Shown here piece by piece: positions 12,440 through 25,378 of a stretch of 64,000 nt of DNA (positions are counted from its first letter, which is position 1; each line of letters begins with the position of its first letter). A model generated the notes under the pieces. The model was given only the letters and a program-made list of their open reading frames with translations, did not search any database and was not told the DNA's origin. Source of the DNA: Centroscyllium fabricii (taxonomy: Eukaryota). The position numbers and the translations under genes were made by a program. Where the stretch lies: positions 310,806,001 through 310,870,000 of the forward strand of contig JBNRSN020000005.1 in NCBI GenBank assembly GCA_051313645.2, given 5' to 3'.

Positions 12440-15400
12440 GGCCTCCGGTTCCTCTGCGACACAGGCGCGCAGCACAGCATCGTGCCAGCCTCTCCCGCAG
12501 AAACCAAGCAAGGCACCCGGGGCCCACCACTCGAAGCCGCAAACGGCTCCGAAATAGTCACGTACGGCACCCGCAAGCTCACCATCAAGCTAGCAGGCCA
12601 CACGTACCTTTGGGACGTCATCACAGCCCAAGTCAAACTACCCCTCCTCGGGGCAGATTTCCTCTGCGCCCACGGCCTCCTGGTCGACGTGACCCGGCGC
12701 CGACTGGTCGACATCCACAACATGTCGCCCATGCCATGCTCCACAGGGCCGGCACGCCTGGCCCACGCAGCGGCACACTGCCGAGCCCGGAACTCCGACA
12801 CGTACGGCACGCTCCTCGCGGAGTTCCCAGCCCTAACCAACCCCACCTTCACAGCCCGCACGGCCAAACATGGGGTGGAGCATCACATCACCACCACCGG
12901 CCCTCCCGTCCATGCCCACGCCCGCAGGCTGGACCCGGCCAAACTGGAGATCGCGCGTACCAAGTTCCGCACCATGGAACAACTCGGCATAATCCGCCGC
13001 TCCAGCAGCCCCTGGGCCTCCCCCCTCCACATCGCCCCCAAGCCGGGCGACGGCTGGCGCCCCTGCAGAGACTATCGCCGCCTCAACAACGCCACCACCC
13101 CAGACAGGTACCCCGTCCCCCACATCCAAGATTTCTCAGCAAGGCTAGCCGGCTGCACGGTCTTTTCCAAGATCGACCTGGTACGGGGCTACCACCAGGT
13201 ACCAGTGCACCCGGCGGATGTCCCTAAGACAGCCGTCATTACCCCATTTGGACTATTCGAATTTCTCCGAATGCCCTTCGGACTCAAAAACGCGGCCCAG
13301 GCCTTCCAACGCCTCATGGACTCAGTCCTACGGGACTTGCAGTTCACGTTCGTCTACCTGGACGACATCCTCGTGGCCAGCCCCTCACCCCAGGAACACC
13401 TCCTCTGTCTCAGGACCCTGTTCAAACGCCTGGTCGAACACGGCCTCATATTAAGCCACTCCAAATGTCGGTTCGGCCTCGAGACCATCGACTTCCTCGG
13501 CCACCGCATTTCCCAGACTGGGGCCATACCCCTGCCCTCCAAGGTGCAGGCGGTCCAGGAATTACCCCGCCCGCACTCCATCAAGGGGCTGCAGGAATTC
13601 CTCGGGATGGTTAATTTTTATAACCGCTTCATCCCAGGAGCAGCCGCTCTCATGGCACCCCTTTATCAGGCCACCCGCGGGCAGTCTAACAAAACTGCGG
13701 TCGAGTGGACGGCCGAAGCCACCACCGCCTTCACCGCAACCAAAACTGCCCTGGCCAACGCCACGCTCCTAGCCCACCCTAGGCCCAATGCCAGAGTGGC
13801 CCTCACCACCGACGCCTCCGACCACACGGTCGGAGCGGTCTACGAGCAGTGGACAGGCAACTCCTGGCAACCCCTGGCCTTTTTCAGCCGGCAACTTCGG
13901 CCCCCGGAAGTCAAGTATAGTGCCTTCGATAGGGAGCTACTCGCTCTCTACCTCGCAGTGCGCCACTTCCGCTTCCTCTTAGAGGGCCGCCACTTTACCG
14001 CCTTCGTGGATCACAAGCCACTTGTGTCTGCAATGGCTAAGATCGCCGAACCCTGGTCGGCCAGGCAGCAGCGCCAGCTCGCGGCCGTGTTGGAATTTAC
14101 CACCGACATACAGCACATCGCCGGCCGCGACAACGTGGTGGCTGACTGCCTGTCACGTCCCACCATCAAATCCGTACAAACGGCGGTCGACTACGCCAAA
14201 CTGGCGGCCGACCAACTAACCGACCCTGACCTGCTCGACCCAGCTACCAACCTCCCCGGCCTGCACTTGGCCACCGTAGCACACGGGCCCACAGCCACAG
14301 CGGTCCGCTGCGACGTCTCCCTCCCGCAGCCCAGACCCGTCGTCCCCCACGCATGGAGGCGACACATCTTCCAGACCCTTCATGGCCTGTCCCACCCTGG
14401 CACCCGCGCATCCACTAAGCTGATTTTGGCACGTTTCGTGTGGCGTGGCCTGCGCAGGGATGTCCGCGCCTGGACCAACGCCTGCACTGCCTGCCAGCGC
14501 GCCAAGGTGCACAAACACATCAAGGCACCGCTGGAAACGTTCACCATCCCAGCTAGACGCTTCGGCCACGTCCACATCGACCTGGTCGGACCACTACTGC
14601 CATCACGGGGACACACGCACGTCATGACCATGGTCAACCGCAGCACTCGCTGGCCAGAAGCGGTCCCACTCATCGCTACCAGCACCGCGGACCTGGCCAG
14701 GGCCTTCATCGCCACCTGGGTCGCGCGTTTCGGCGTACCCACCGACATCACGTCGGACAGGGGCCCCCAATTCACGTCAACACTATGGGCGACCATCGCC
14801 CGCGACCTCTGGGTAACCCTGCACCGAACCACCGCTTACCACCCACAGGCCAACGGCCTCTGCGAACAGTTCCATCGCTCCATCAAAGCTTCCCTGCGGG
14901 CCTGCCTGAAGGACGCAACCTGGACCGACCGCCTGCCCTGGGTAATGCTCGGACTGCGCTCAGCGGCCAAGGAAGACCTGCACGCCTCAGCGGCGGAACT
15001 TGTCTACGGCCAACCTTAACCGTACCAGGCGAGTTCCTCGCAGAACCCAATGCTCCCTGGTCAGCCGACCAGTGCCTCAAAGAGTTCAACAACCAGGCGA
15101 GAGCGTTCAAACCACGTGTTCCAGACGGCATCAAGAACGCCAAATATGTGTTTGTCCGCCACGACGCACATCGAACACCACTACAGCCACCGTATGACGG
15201 ACCGTACAGAGTGCTTCGGGCGGGAGCTAAGACCTTTGAAATCAAAATGGGCAACAGAACTGAAACTGTCTCGATAGACCGGCTCAAACCGGCACACGTA
15301 ATGGCGGGCGAGACAACAGTCCCCGCGCAGCCACCAAAACGCGGACGCCCTCCCGCACCAAAACCCGCCCACACTCCCACGCAGAACAAGGAGCAGCGCA

Positions 15401-15447
15401 CGACACGTGCCGGCCGCATCATCCGGCCACCTCAACGCCTCGCTTGA
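12440..15447 (+). pseudogene. CsRn1-type Pol (PR-RT-RH-IN), disrupted
   Basis: FLCDTGA protease, YLDD RT, TTDASD RNase H, HHCC and DDE integrase. In-frame TGA at 12437 and a frameshift near 15017 separate the GPY/F tail (PPYDGPYRV). Confidence 0.9.
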
Positions 15448-15871
15448 GACTCATTTTTTATTTTTAACTTTATGCTCCCTTTTTTTATTTTTACTTTATT
15501 CTCCCTCACAGATTCTGGGGGGGAGCTGTGTGGCGACACGCTCACCAAAGCCATCGAATCCGCCTCGGGAGTACTGCGGGGCATGGCCCCGCCCCTCGGG
15601 TGACGTGATGACGTCACCGCGACTTCTGGTGTGATGACGTCACTGGGACTTCCGGCGTGGTGACGTCACCAACCGCGGGCTCTTTAAATAAGCCTGTTCC
15701 AGGTAGCTCACTCTTCGCTACCTGGCCCCTACGGAATAACGTAATAAATGAGTGTTTTCCGATCTCACTGTCTCCAGCGTGGTTCTTCAGGCCTGCATGC
15801 ACTACAACAGTAAAACTAAATTTATAAACGACTGTGCAGTACAGTATAAAGTACTGTGGTTGACTGTACAT

Positions 15872-16866
15872 TTATTCCAAGTCAACTGGTTCATCAATAA
15901 TATCCATGTCAGCTGGGTCATCAGGATCATGCAGTTCAACAGATTCCTCAGGCACATCCACTGCTTCAACTCTTTTGGAAGCTTTCCTAAACATGTCCCT
16001 GATGTCTGCTTGCTTAGTGGACTCTTGTCTTTTTTGCAGAAAGGTGGAATTCAGAATATGGAGGTGCATAAGTTCTTGGGCAGAATAGCAAGAATGGCTT
16101 TCAGCAAATTTGAGGAATGAAGCAAAATCTTCTACAGCTTTAGCCCAAGAAATCTTCTTCTCTTCAGAAATCTCATTCTCTTCACTTTCCATCTCACTTT
16201 CCTTTTCTTTGGATTCAAAACATTCTCCATTATTTCATCATCACTTCGCAAATGCACAACAGCAACTTCTCTATCTGCATCAACCCACCAAAATGAGCCA
16301 GTTTTATCGGCATTGTATAGCTGTGCTGGCGACAAATCATGTTGCTGCACAATCCAATTGAAATAATCGCAGTATTCTTCTGCGGCGTCGTGATCAGCTG
16401 ATTTCTTCTCCCCAGAAATATCGAGTCGTCGTATCCCATTCCATACCTTGAAGCATGCTAGCCATCCCTCGGAGAAAGCACACTTGTCAGTGAGCACCAT
16501 CTTTGCATAGAAATCCTTCGCTTTTTTGATTAGCATGGGTCTGGAAATCGGAACACCCTCTGAACGCCTAAGAGAAAACCACTCATAAAGCACAGTATCC
16601 AGCTCTTCAAGTATAGGCTTACGAACCGTACGCCGTTTCTCTACACTCTTAGATGTCTCCGAGCTTGAATAAAACTTGAGCAGCTTATCCTTCTGCGATT
16701 TGATGTCATAGATTGTTGACGAACTGATTTTGAATTCATTCATAATGTTGATACGCTTCTCTCCCCTCTCTAGTCGTTGGCATATGTCGACTTTCTGTTT
16801 TAAAGTTAACCCCACTATCTTCCTTTTGCTTGGACCAACTTTTGGGATTTCCATAATGCAATGCAA
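15872..16866 (-). pseudogene. Tigger transposase remnant (HTH_psq + CENP-B HTH, DDE domain deleted)
   Basis: [17 protein letters not shown]...SSTIYDIK; [16 protein letters not shown]...FSEGWL; YNADKTG joins directly to C-terminal WVDAD...SDDEI; acidic tail in another frame. Confidence 0.85.
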
Positions 16867-17654
16867 TGACTACCAGCAGCGTGGGAGACACACAGTACCC
16901 CTGTAAAATGACGGATCAGAAGAGACTATGGTTGCGCAGGAGAGTCCGACTCCTGTTACAGGGGTATTGAGGTGTTCCGACTCCCGACAGCGCCAAGAGG
17001 CCGAGTAGTGGCACTTTGGAGAACTACCCCCACTGACTAACTCGGTCACCGCGGGAGACTTGAACTCTGACTCTGCAACATTGCCAGTTATTGAGGTGTT
17101 GTTTTCGGAGCGAGAATTTTGCCAGGTAATAGAGAATTCCGGATATTTAGGTGTCGTTTAAACGAGAGTTTCCTGTAAATTGAAGTTTATGGCGGCGAGG
17201 AGGCCAGTGGAAAAATCGATTCTGGAGGTGACAAATGTATGAATGAGGGTTTCCATAGAGGTTATGAGCAGTTATAAGATATTAAATATGTTTCTCTCTG
17301 CAGTGCTGCCTGGCCTGCTGAGTGTTTCCAGCATTTTCTGTTGTTATTCCATAGAAGTTGGCTGATTTAAGGATGGCGAGATGCTGTGGATCTGATTGAA
17401 TAGATAAAAACTAAGCAAGGATAGCCTCAAAGAAATAAAAACAGGAAATGCTGGAAATACTCGGCAGATCAGGCAGCATCTGTAGAGAGAGAAACAGAGT
17501 TAACGTTTCAGGCTGATGACCATTCATCAGAGTTTGATAACAGAGAACAAGCATTGGTGGAGGATGGTGTAATCAACTGTGTCAAATGAGGACAAGAAGG
17601 AATAATGCACCATGGTCACAGCGGATGTCATTTGTGACTTTGGTTAGGGCAATT

Positions 17655-18145
17655 TTTTTTAAATTCGTTGCGGGGATGTGGGCGTCGCTGGCTGGCTAGG
17701 CCTGTATTTAGTGCCCATCCCTAATTGCCCTTGAGAAGATGGTGGTGAGCCGCCTTCTTGAACCGCTGCAGTCCATATGGTGTAGGTACACCCACAATAT
17801 TGCGTAGCGGTTGTTTACAACTAAGTGGCTTGCTAGGCCATTTCAGAGGGCATTAAGAGTCAACCACATTGCTGTGGGTCTGGAGTCACATGTAGGCCAG
17901 ACCAGGTAAGGACGGCAGATTTCCTTCCCTAAAGGACATTAGTGAACCAGATGGGTTTTTGCAACAATCGACAATGGTATCATGGTCGCCATTACTAAGA
18001 CTAACATTTAATTCCAGAATTAAATTGAATTGAATTTAAATTCCACCAGCTGCCGTGGTGGGATTTGAACCCATATCCTCAGAGCATTTGACTGAGCCTC
18101 TGGCTTACTAGTCTAGTGACATAACCACTACGCCACCGCCTCCCC
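17655..18145 (-). mobile_element. tRNA-head SINE-like element sharing its 3' tail with the LINE at 2560-3820
   Basis: Head GGCGGTGGCGTAGTGG...GGGTTCAAATCCCACC; tail GGGATGGGCACTAAAT...CGCCCACATCCC; second copy at 59410-59901. Confidence 0.8.
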
Positions 18146-18989
18146 GCAGTGCTGTGAGACATTTGGAAACCTGATGAGAAAGATGGAAACAAGGGAGTTG
18201 CTGGAGAGGTGAACACAGACCTTGGAGTTGACAACACATTCAAGGAAGTTGTAAATGGGATGGCAGTTTGGGCATTTTCTGTGTGAGTTTCTCCTCTTTT
18301 ATTTTATATCTTATAACTGCTCAAGCAACAGACACGTTTTGAAGAACCTCCTGAAGCAGTTACAAATAAATTGTTACCACTTCATTTCATATGAAGCGGA
18401 ACGTAGGTGGCAGCTGATCTTTCAGTCAGACATAACTGATGCTTTTCAGTGTTGTTTGAGAATGTAAAAGGAGCTACATGAAGCATTATGGCGACCAGGA
18501 AGAAGGCATATTTTCCAGAGACACCGAGTAACAATTTTGTACTGCTACCTGGAATTCAAGATTCCTGGAATTAAAGTCAGTCATCTATCTAAAGCGGATA
18601 TGCATTTATATTAAGTTAAAACTATCAAAGACTTAGTGCAATTTTTAAATGCAGCGGCAAAGGCCCCTTGTTCGGGTGAGCGTTGAGTCTCTGACACTTA
18701 GCAGTAGTCTCCATCGATCTTTCCTCTGTATTTAGGTTAATGGCCTGCTACTTTGACTGATTCAGCAAAGCTCTCTATTATACACGAGTATTGTTACTGT
18801 TATTGCCATGCCATGTTATCTTGAACATCAAGAATTCAAAATAGAACATTGTAAAAGCGATTGAATTGAAAGAAAATGGAAAATGTTTTGTGCAGCCTCG
18901 ATTTTGCAAGTGAAGTTTTTCAGGGATTTTTTCCAACCTCCCCACCCCGGCTCCCATTCTGCTAAATGTGGACTAGATTTGAAAGAAAG

Positions 18990-19440
18990 AAAGAAAGAGA
19001 CTCGAATTTCTGTCGCGCCTTCCATGACATCAGGACGTCCCATAGCATTTTACAGCCAATGAAGTACTTTTTGACGTGTAGTCACTGCTGTAATGTAGGA
19101 AACACAGCAGCATATTTGCGCACAGCAAGCTCCCACAAACATCAATGAGATAAATGACCAGATAATCTGTCTTTTAGTGATGTTGGTTGAGGGGTGAGTA
19201 TTGGCCAGGACCCCAGGGACAACTCCCCTAATCTTCAAAATAGTGCCATGGGAAAACTTTTAATTCTACCTGAGATGGTTTAATGTCTCATCCAAAAGAT
19301 GGCACCTCCCAACAGTGCAGCACTCCCTCAGTATTACACTGAAGTGTCAGCCTAGATTATGGCCGTATGTCCCTGGAGTGAGACTTGAATCCACTTCTGA
19401 CTCAGGCGAGAGTGCTACCACTGAACCGCAGCTGACACTA
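18990..19440 (-). mobile_element. Deu-domain SINE
   Basis: Reverse complement resembles 10560-10955. Confidence 0.75.
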
Positions 19441-19644
19441 GAATAGTGTCCCTCCCTCCGTCCAGCTAAAGTCTATTAACTTGTTACATTAATAAATTTA
19501 AAATACCCCTCCGAGTAATGATGAATACAGCAACAATGCAACAACAAAATAATGCTAAAGACATCCGACAGAACTATCTGAGCCACTGCACCACCATAGA
19601 TTTTTCAGTTATTATTTACCCCTCAACTAACATGGCTAAAATAG

Positions 19645-20055
19645 ATTATAAGAAATAGGAACTAGAGGAGGCTTTCTGGCTCACCGAGCCTGCTCCATCA
19701 TTCATTAAGATCGTGGCTGAACTTCTACATCAACTCCACTTTCCCACCCTTTCCCCATATCCCTTGATTCCCTTCGTGCCCAAAAATCTATCGATCTCAG
19801 TCTTGAATATACTTATCCCAGAGGACTGGAGAATTCCAAAAATTCACAACTCTCTGAGTAAATAAATTCCTCCTTATCTCAGTCCTAAATGGCCAACCCC
19901 TCTTCCTGAGTCTATGACCCCTAGTTCTAGACTCTCCAGACAGGAAACAGCCTCTCAGTATCTACCCTGTCAAGCTCTCTAAGAATTTTATACGTTTCAA
20001 TGAGATCACCTCTCATTCTTCTAAACTCCAGAGAACATAGGCCCATTCTACTCAA
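19645..20055 (-). mobile_element. Decayed CR1 3' end
   Basis: Similar to 27457-27900. Confidence 0.8.
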
Positions 20056-20127
20056 TAGAATGGTCATTTATCACATTGCTCTTTGTGGGACCTCGCTATA
20101 TACAAAGTAGCTGCCACATTTCTTTAA

Positions 20128-20313
20128 TGTGGAGGTGCCGGTGTTGGACTGGGGTGGACAAATGCAAGAAGTCACACAACACCAGGTTATAGTCCAACAG
20201 TTTTATTTTAAATCACAAGCTTTCGGAGCAGCTGCTCCTTCGTCACCTGACAAAAAGCTTGTGATTTAAAATAAAACTGTTGGACTATAACCTGGTGTTG
20301 TGTGACTTCTTAG
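20128..20313 (-). mobile_element. Palindromic Penelope-like insertion (family B)
   Basis: Inverted arms; TSD ATTTCTTTAA; same family as 48645-48857. Confidence 0.75.
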
Positions 20314-20667
20314 ATTTCTTTAAAGCATTGACTACAGTTGAAAAGTATTTTGTTGATTGTGAAAGGCGCTTTTAAAATGCAAGTTCTTTCTTCCATTTAA
20401 ATGTTCAAATTTGAAATAATGGCCCAAAAATTAGCCTTGGAGCGTTCCTGCAAGTGTAAGCCTCCAAGGTACACTTACCCTGCACTCCTGCCATTCTGCA
20501 ATTCTAGGATGTGAAATCCCGAGTTGTACAGCTGCTACAGGCTCCAGGTGCCGTGCTGGTGCAACTCAACATCGTAGTTAGTGGGAGATCTCGCACGGGA
20601 CCACGTGATCTACAGGGAGCCAATGAATGGAAGCAATCCTCCATTCATAACTTACACGGAGAAATCA

Positions 20668-20860
20668 CACGACAACGCAAAATCGTCGAGCAGAAACTGA
20701 TAGCCAAGTTCCGCACTCATGAGGATGGTCTCAACTGGGATCTTGGCTTCATGTCACGCTACATGTAACCCCACCTGACGTAGAGTCATCCAGACTCGAG
20801 TCGTCGTTGGCTGGTTCTCTCTACACAGATGTGGCTGGAACTGCTGTGATTTCCAGCAAA
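20668..20860 (+). mobile_element. Penelope-like element GIY-YIG endonuclease C-terminus and 3' flank
   Basis: RQRKIVEQKLIAKFRTHEDGLNWD resembles the R...E..LI.......GLN motif that ends Penelope GIY-YIG domains. Confidence 0.6.
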
Positions 20861-21083
20861 ACATTTTTATTTCATTTTATTTTTTACTGCTAGTTTGTTT
20901 TTTGTTTTTCATACAGCATGTGCAACATTTGATCTCTGGTGACCCCCACCTCATTGTTCTTTGATGGAATGTTTTGCTGACTGACCTGTTTGGACACCAT
21001 TTACACCCATGATGGCGGTGATTATCTCTCTGCCGAGGTGTGATAAAGGGCAGTGAGAAAAATTACCTGTAATCATTGAGCAT

Positions 21084-21470
21084 TAGAAACATAGAAACAA
21101 GGAGCAGGAGTAGGCTATTCGGCCCTTCGAGCCTGCTCCGCCATTTAATGAGATCATGGCTGATCATCCAAACCCAGCACCCGTCCCTGCCCTCTCCCCA
21201 TATCCCTCGATCCCTATATCGACACATATCCCACCCTATCCCCGTAACCCCACATATTCAATCCCCCTAACACTAAGGGTCAATTTATCATGGCCAATCA
21301 ACCTAACCCGCACATCTTTGGACTGTGGGAGGAAACCGGAGCACCCGGAGGAAACCTATGCAGACACGGGGAGAATGTGCAAACTCCACACAGATAGTAC
21401 CCGAGGCCGGATTTGAACCCGGGTCTCCAGTGCTGTGAGACAACAGTGCTAACCGCTGTGCCACCGTGCC
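21084..21470 (-). mobile_element. V-SINE with CR1 tail
   Basis: Full copy, as 9003-9386. Confidence 0.9.
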
Positions 21471-21515
21471 ACCCTTTTCTGACTATATTTGCTGTGCCTA
21501 TGTGCATCTCTTCAC

Positions 21516-21603
21516 TTCACCTGACGAAGGAGCAGCGCTCCGAAAGCTTGTGATTTCAAATAAAGCTGTTGGACTATAACCTGGTGTTGTGTGACTTCTT
21601 AGA
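21516..21603 (+). mobile_element. Single-arm Penelope-like family B fragment with intact hammerhead-like core
   Basis: TTCAC-CTGACGA-A-GGAGC-AGC-GCTCC-GAAA-GCTT-GTGA. Confidence 0.7.
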
Positions 21604-22083
21604 TTTTTGTGCTCAAGTCTCTGGAGTGGGACTTGAACCCACAACCTTCTGACTCAGAGGTGAGAGCGCTACCCACTGAGCCACAGCTGACACTGTAAGT
21701 TAGTGGAAATTTATATTTTCATCTTGCACAAGTCCATAGTTTGACATGAAATTTTTATTGACTGGTGTGACGGACATCTGCTTTTTATACAAGTGCAAAA
21801 GTCATGACAAAAGAGAGAAACTCTATTTGGGTATGACAAGAATAGTGCTGCCAGCAAATGTAATTGTATACCTCTCTTTTCTATTTTCTCTTGTTTCTTC
21901 ATTTTTGCAATATTTAGTGGCTGGGCAGCCAAGCTTCCCAAGTTCCCTACCAATGCCACTCTAACTGGTCACGAGTGCATGCAGAATAATGGTGCAGGCT
22001 GACTTAACCCACTTTGTCCCCTCCCTTTCTTCCTCAGCTTGTTGTCGTGCCTTTTCCTGTTGCCTTGACCAAGATTGGAATTA

Positions 22084-22397
22084 CAGGTTGAGCACCGTTA
22101 ATCCGGCACCCTCGGGTTGCAGGCCGGTGCCGGGGAGTGCGCAGGTAGAACACACCCCGGGGCCTGGAGTGCGCGGGTAGAGCACTCCCCGGGAGGGAGC
22201 CCGGGGATAGAACACTTACAAAACCTAAAAAAACAAAAACCCAAACGCCGGACGCCTTCGGCGCTCGCTCACCCTTCCCGGGAAATGGTGGCGCCGCCGA
22301 GCGGCTGCTCCGCAAAATGAAGAACACCGGTTTCCAATCGCGCCGAACCACTGAAGCTGCCGGACCATCGGGTGCCGGATTACCGGTGCTCAGCCTG
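22084..22397. mobile_element. Tigger-type MITE
   Basis: TA-CAGGTTGAGCACCG...CGGTGCTCAGCCTG-TA. Confidence 0.9.
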
Positions 22398-22867
22398 TAT
22401 TTGTAATAGCCAATGACCCTGTCAAAACAGCAAAAAGGGTCAGAAAAATGTTAACAAAACACTTGCCAATGAAAACAGGAATTATAAATGAAACATCAAT
22501 GGTAGCGGATTCAAATGGGGGACATTTACCGCAACCCCCAAAGGATTAGCCATTGACGTTAATCCTGAGGGTCATCCATGCACAAAAGAACTCTCATTGC
22601 CTTATTTAGGACTAAAACCCACTGACATTATTCTTAAGAGAGCCCATAGAAAACAACTGTCAACATCTTATTTAGGCCAGTTATTCACAGGAGCATCTAC
22701 AATAAAACCAGACATCAAGGGTGTTAATCAGAAACTAATGCCAGCTCACAAAGAAATGTTAAAAGAGATAACTGATTTAAATTAGATTGGAAGCAGAAGG
22801 TGACTTGAGGATACTAAATCCAAGAATGAGAGGAAAACCTAATTTGCTACATGCATATTATATAATA

Positions 22868-23679
22868 CAGGTTGAGCACCGTTACACCGGCATGGGCGGG
22901 ACTAGGCCTGCGCCGGTATACCGAAAAAACCGGAAGAATTAAGCTGGCCGGTGCGCATGCGCGCACCATTCAAAATGGCCGCGCGCATGCGCATAACATT
23001 GGAAATGGCCACCGCGAAGTTTTGAAGAATTTGAAACTCATGTACTTTTTTTTAATTAAAAATGAGGCACACCACTTTTTAATCAAATGCCCGGTTCCTT
23101 TCTCTTTCCTCGCGACTCTGAGCGGAGATTTCTAACCGAGCGGGGCCGAAGCCCATGGAATCGGTGCAAAGCCCAGATCCGGGACAGAGAGCCGGCATAA
23201 AGTACAGCAGCAAACTGGCCGCCGCCCCTGGGGGCAAGGGGTGGCGGGGCTGGCAGTGAAGAGCTTGCGGCGGGTTTGCGGGGACCCGGGACATTTGAAG
23301 CCAGGCGGCGCCGCGCGATCCCTTTAAAGAGAAGCCGGGCTCAAGGGCGCGCCTAAGGAGCCCATTCCAGCCCAGGCCGCCAGTCCAGCGGCTCCGTCTC
23401 CACATTCTTCAAACTCTCCGCCCGGCTTTAACGCAACGGCCACCTTTACCTTTCCGTGCTCTTCTCGGAGCCAGGCATGCGCAGATCATTCAAAACATCC
23501 GGCGGCCGTTTTGAATGATCTGCGCATGCACTCGCTGTTCGGCGAATTATGCGCAGATCATTCACCGAAGCAGCAATCGTGGCGGCCATTTTGTGCATGC
23601 GCAGGGCAGTCGGGGCAATTTATGTGGGATGACTGAAGCTGCCGGCTTTCCGGTTAATAGATTACCGGTGCTCAACCTG
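22868..23679. mobile_element. Tigger-type MITE
   Basis: TA-CAGGTTGAGCACCG...CGGTGCTCAACCTG-TA. Confidence 0.9.
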
Positions 23680-23808
23680 TATTTTTATTGTAAACCAGGT
23701 TTAGACATTTTATGGCTTATTTTTAATTTATATTACACTGCTTTTATTTCATAGTCTGTCTGGTAAGATGGAGGAACCACTAATAATATTTAAGTTACAA
23801 TGGAAATG

Positions 23809-24409
23809 AAGTGAGATTTGCATTTATTTTCTTTAATGAACCAGAGGTTACAATAAAAATTCAGAAGAAAAGTCAGGCATCTGCTACAAGATTGTGAAGT
23901 CAACTAATCTCCGCAATAGAATCATTCACTTCGTAAAACAGTTAATTTTTTTTCCAAGTACAATAGAAACGTGGAGCTGGATGGTCATTTAACAAAATGG
24001 GAAAACACTGACTGTAATGTTAATTGAATGCTCGAAATAGTAGTCGAACACCAAGTTATATTGGAGCTCCTTTTATTAGGTCTTTACTCATTGACTTCAA
24101 GCCTACTCTGAAGCGTGGTCAAAATGGCGTTGGCTCCCGCCAGGATATGACGTCAGCTGTCAGTGAAACCCCTGCTGTCTTTACGACAGCTGCAATTATC
24201 CTTACAAGTGAGATTTGCATTTATTTTCTTTAATGAACCAGAGGTTACAATAAAAATTCAGCAGAAAAGTCAGGCATCTGCTACAAGATTGTGAAGTCAA
24301 CTAATCTCTGCAATAGAATCATTCACTTCGTAAAACAGTTAATTTTTTTTCCAAGTACAATAGAAACGTGGAGCTGGATGGTCATTTAACAAAATGGGAA
24401 AACACTGAC
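23809..24409 (+). repeat. 204-bp direct duplication (23809-24012 and 24206-24409)
   Basis: Two near-identical copies; I counted two mismatches. Confidence 0.9.
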
Positions 24410-24686
24410 AAACCTTCCGACCCCACAGGGTAGGTCACCACCAACTGGAGGAGTGAAAAGGAGATAAATCAGAAAGTAATGATTGAGTGATCCCAAGATT
24501 GGATTTTAAGATTCTGTAGTTTGAAGGATATAAAGAGTTCCAAACTTTTGAGATACTGGGAAAGAGTGAATTAGTGTAGCAGACAACGCAATGAGCTTTG
24601 ATTTCAATCAAGGAGGAAGGGGAGTGTTTGAGAATTTGTGCTTCAGTTTTGAAAGGGAAATCCAGAAGCGCACTGAGCATCATAAT

Positions 24687-25378
24687 GGCCTAGAAGTTGC
24701 GGTCGGAGCCGTAACTCCGGAGTATGCCTCCGACCCACAAAACAAATCCGAAAGTACCTACTGGCGTCCAAGGCTGCGAAGAGCTGTGGCCTCGGGCCTC
24801 CAGGCAGATGGCAGCGTAAAGGCCCACGGATCCCAAGGACACAGGTGGTTCGGAAGCGACCCTGGGATCACGACAAAGGAGGATTCCATTGCAATCATTT
24901 ACGAAGGGACTCCCCTTGGAATCCCCCAAATAATTATACAATGTACAGAATTCTAATAATTATAAATGTACTGAATTCTAATAATTATAAATGTACTGAA
25001 TTGCAATTTTATTCATAAGTTCCTTCGTTGCACCAACCTCAATAAAAAGGCCAATATTTGCATAAGCTCATTTAAAGTGTATGTGCATAATTTTGGATTT
25101 TAAATGTTTTATTTAAGCCTTATATAAACCCTTAAGCCGATGAAAGCAGGCCTATGCCTGCTTTTACCAGCCATAAGAGTTGCCTGGGCAATAGCCCAAC
25201 TCTGCGCCAGTAATACTCATTTTTCAGGCGGTTTGGATGATCTGTCAAGGTGGACTTTGACAGATAACAAGTTCCGGATTTTGTGCGTGCACAAGCGGAG
25301 ATCCAGAAGTTGCAGGGCCTTTCAAATAGATTACGACAGCGCTCTCTGAGCCATCATGGAGACCGCAACTTCAGGGCC
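24687..25378. mobile_element. PIF/Harbinger-type MITE
   Basis: TIR GGCCTAGAAGTTGCGGTC / GACCGCAACTTCAGGGCC; 3-bp TSD AAT; internal tandem of about 25 bp x3 at 24929-25002. Confidence 0.8.

Larger units (their letters stand above)
11280..15806 (+). mobile_element. Full-length CsRn1-clade Gypsy LTR retrotransposon
   Basis: LTRs 11280-11559 and 15529-15806 (TG...CA); PBS TGGTGACCCCG (tRNA-Trp type) at 11561; PPT GGGGGGGAG; 4-bp TSD ACAA/ACAG with one mismatch; Gag CHCC finger. Confidence 0.95.
11026..17175 (-). mobile_element. Tigger/pogo DNA transposon, internal-deletion derivative, hosting the Gypsy insertion
   Basis: Diverged TIRs GAGGAAACTCT...(11026) and ...GAGAGTTTCCTG-TA (17175); transposase remnants at 15872-16866. 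Confidence 0.7.
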
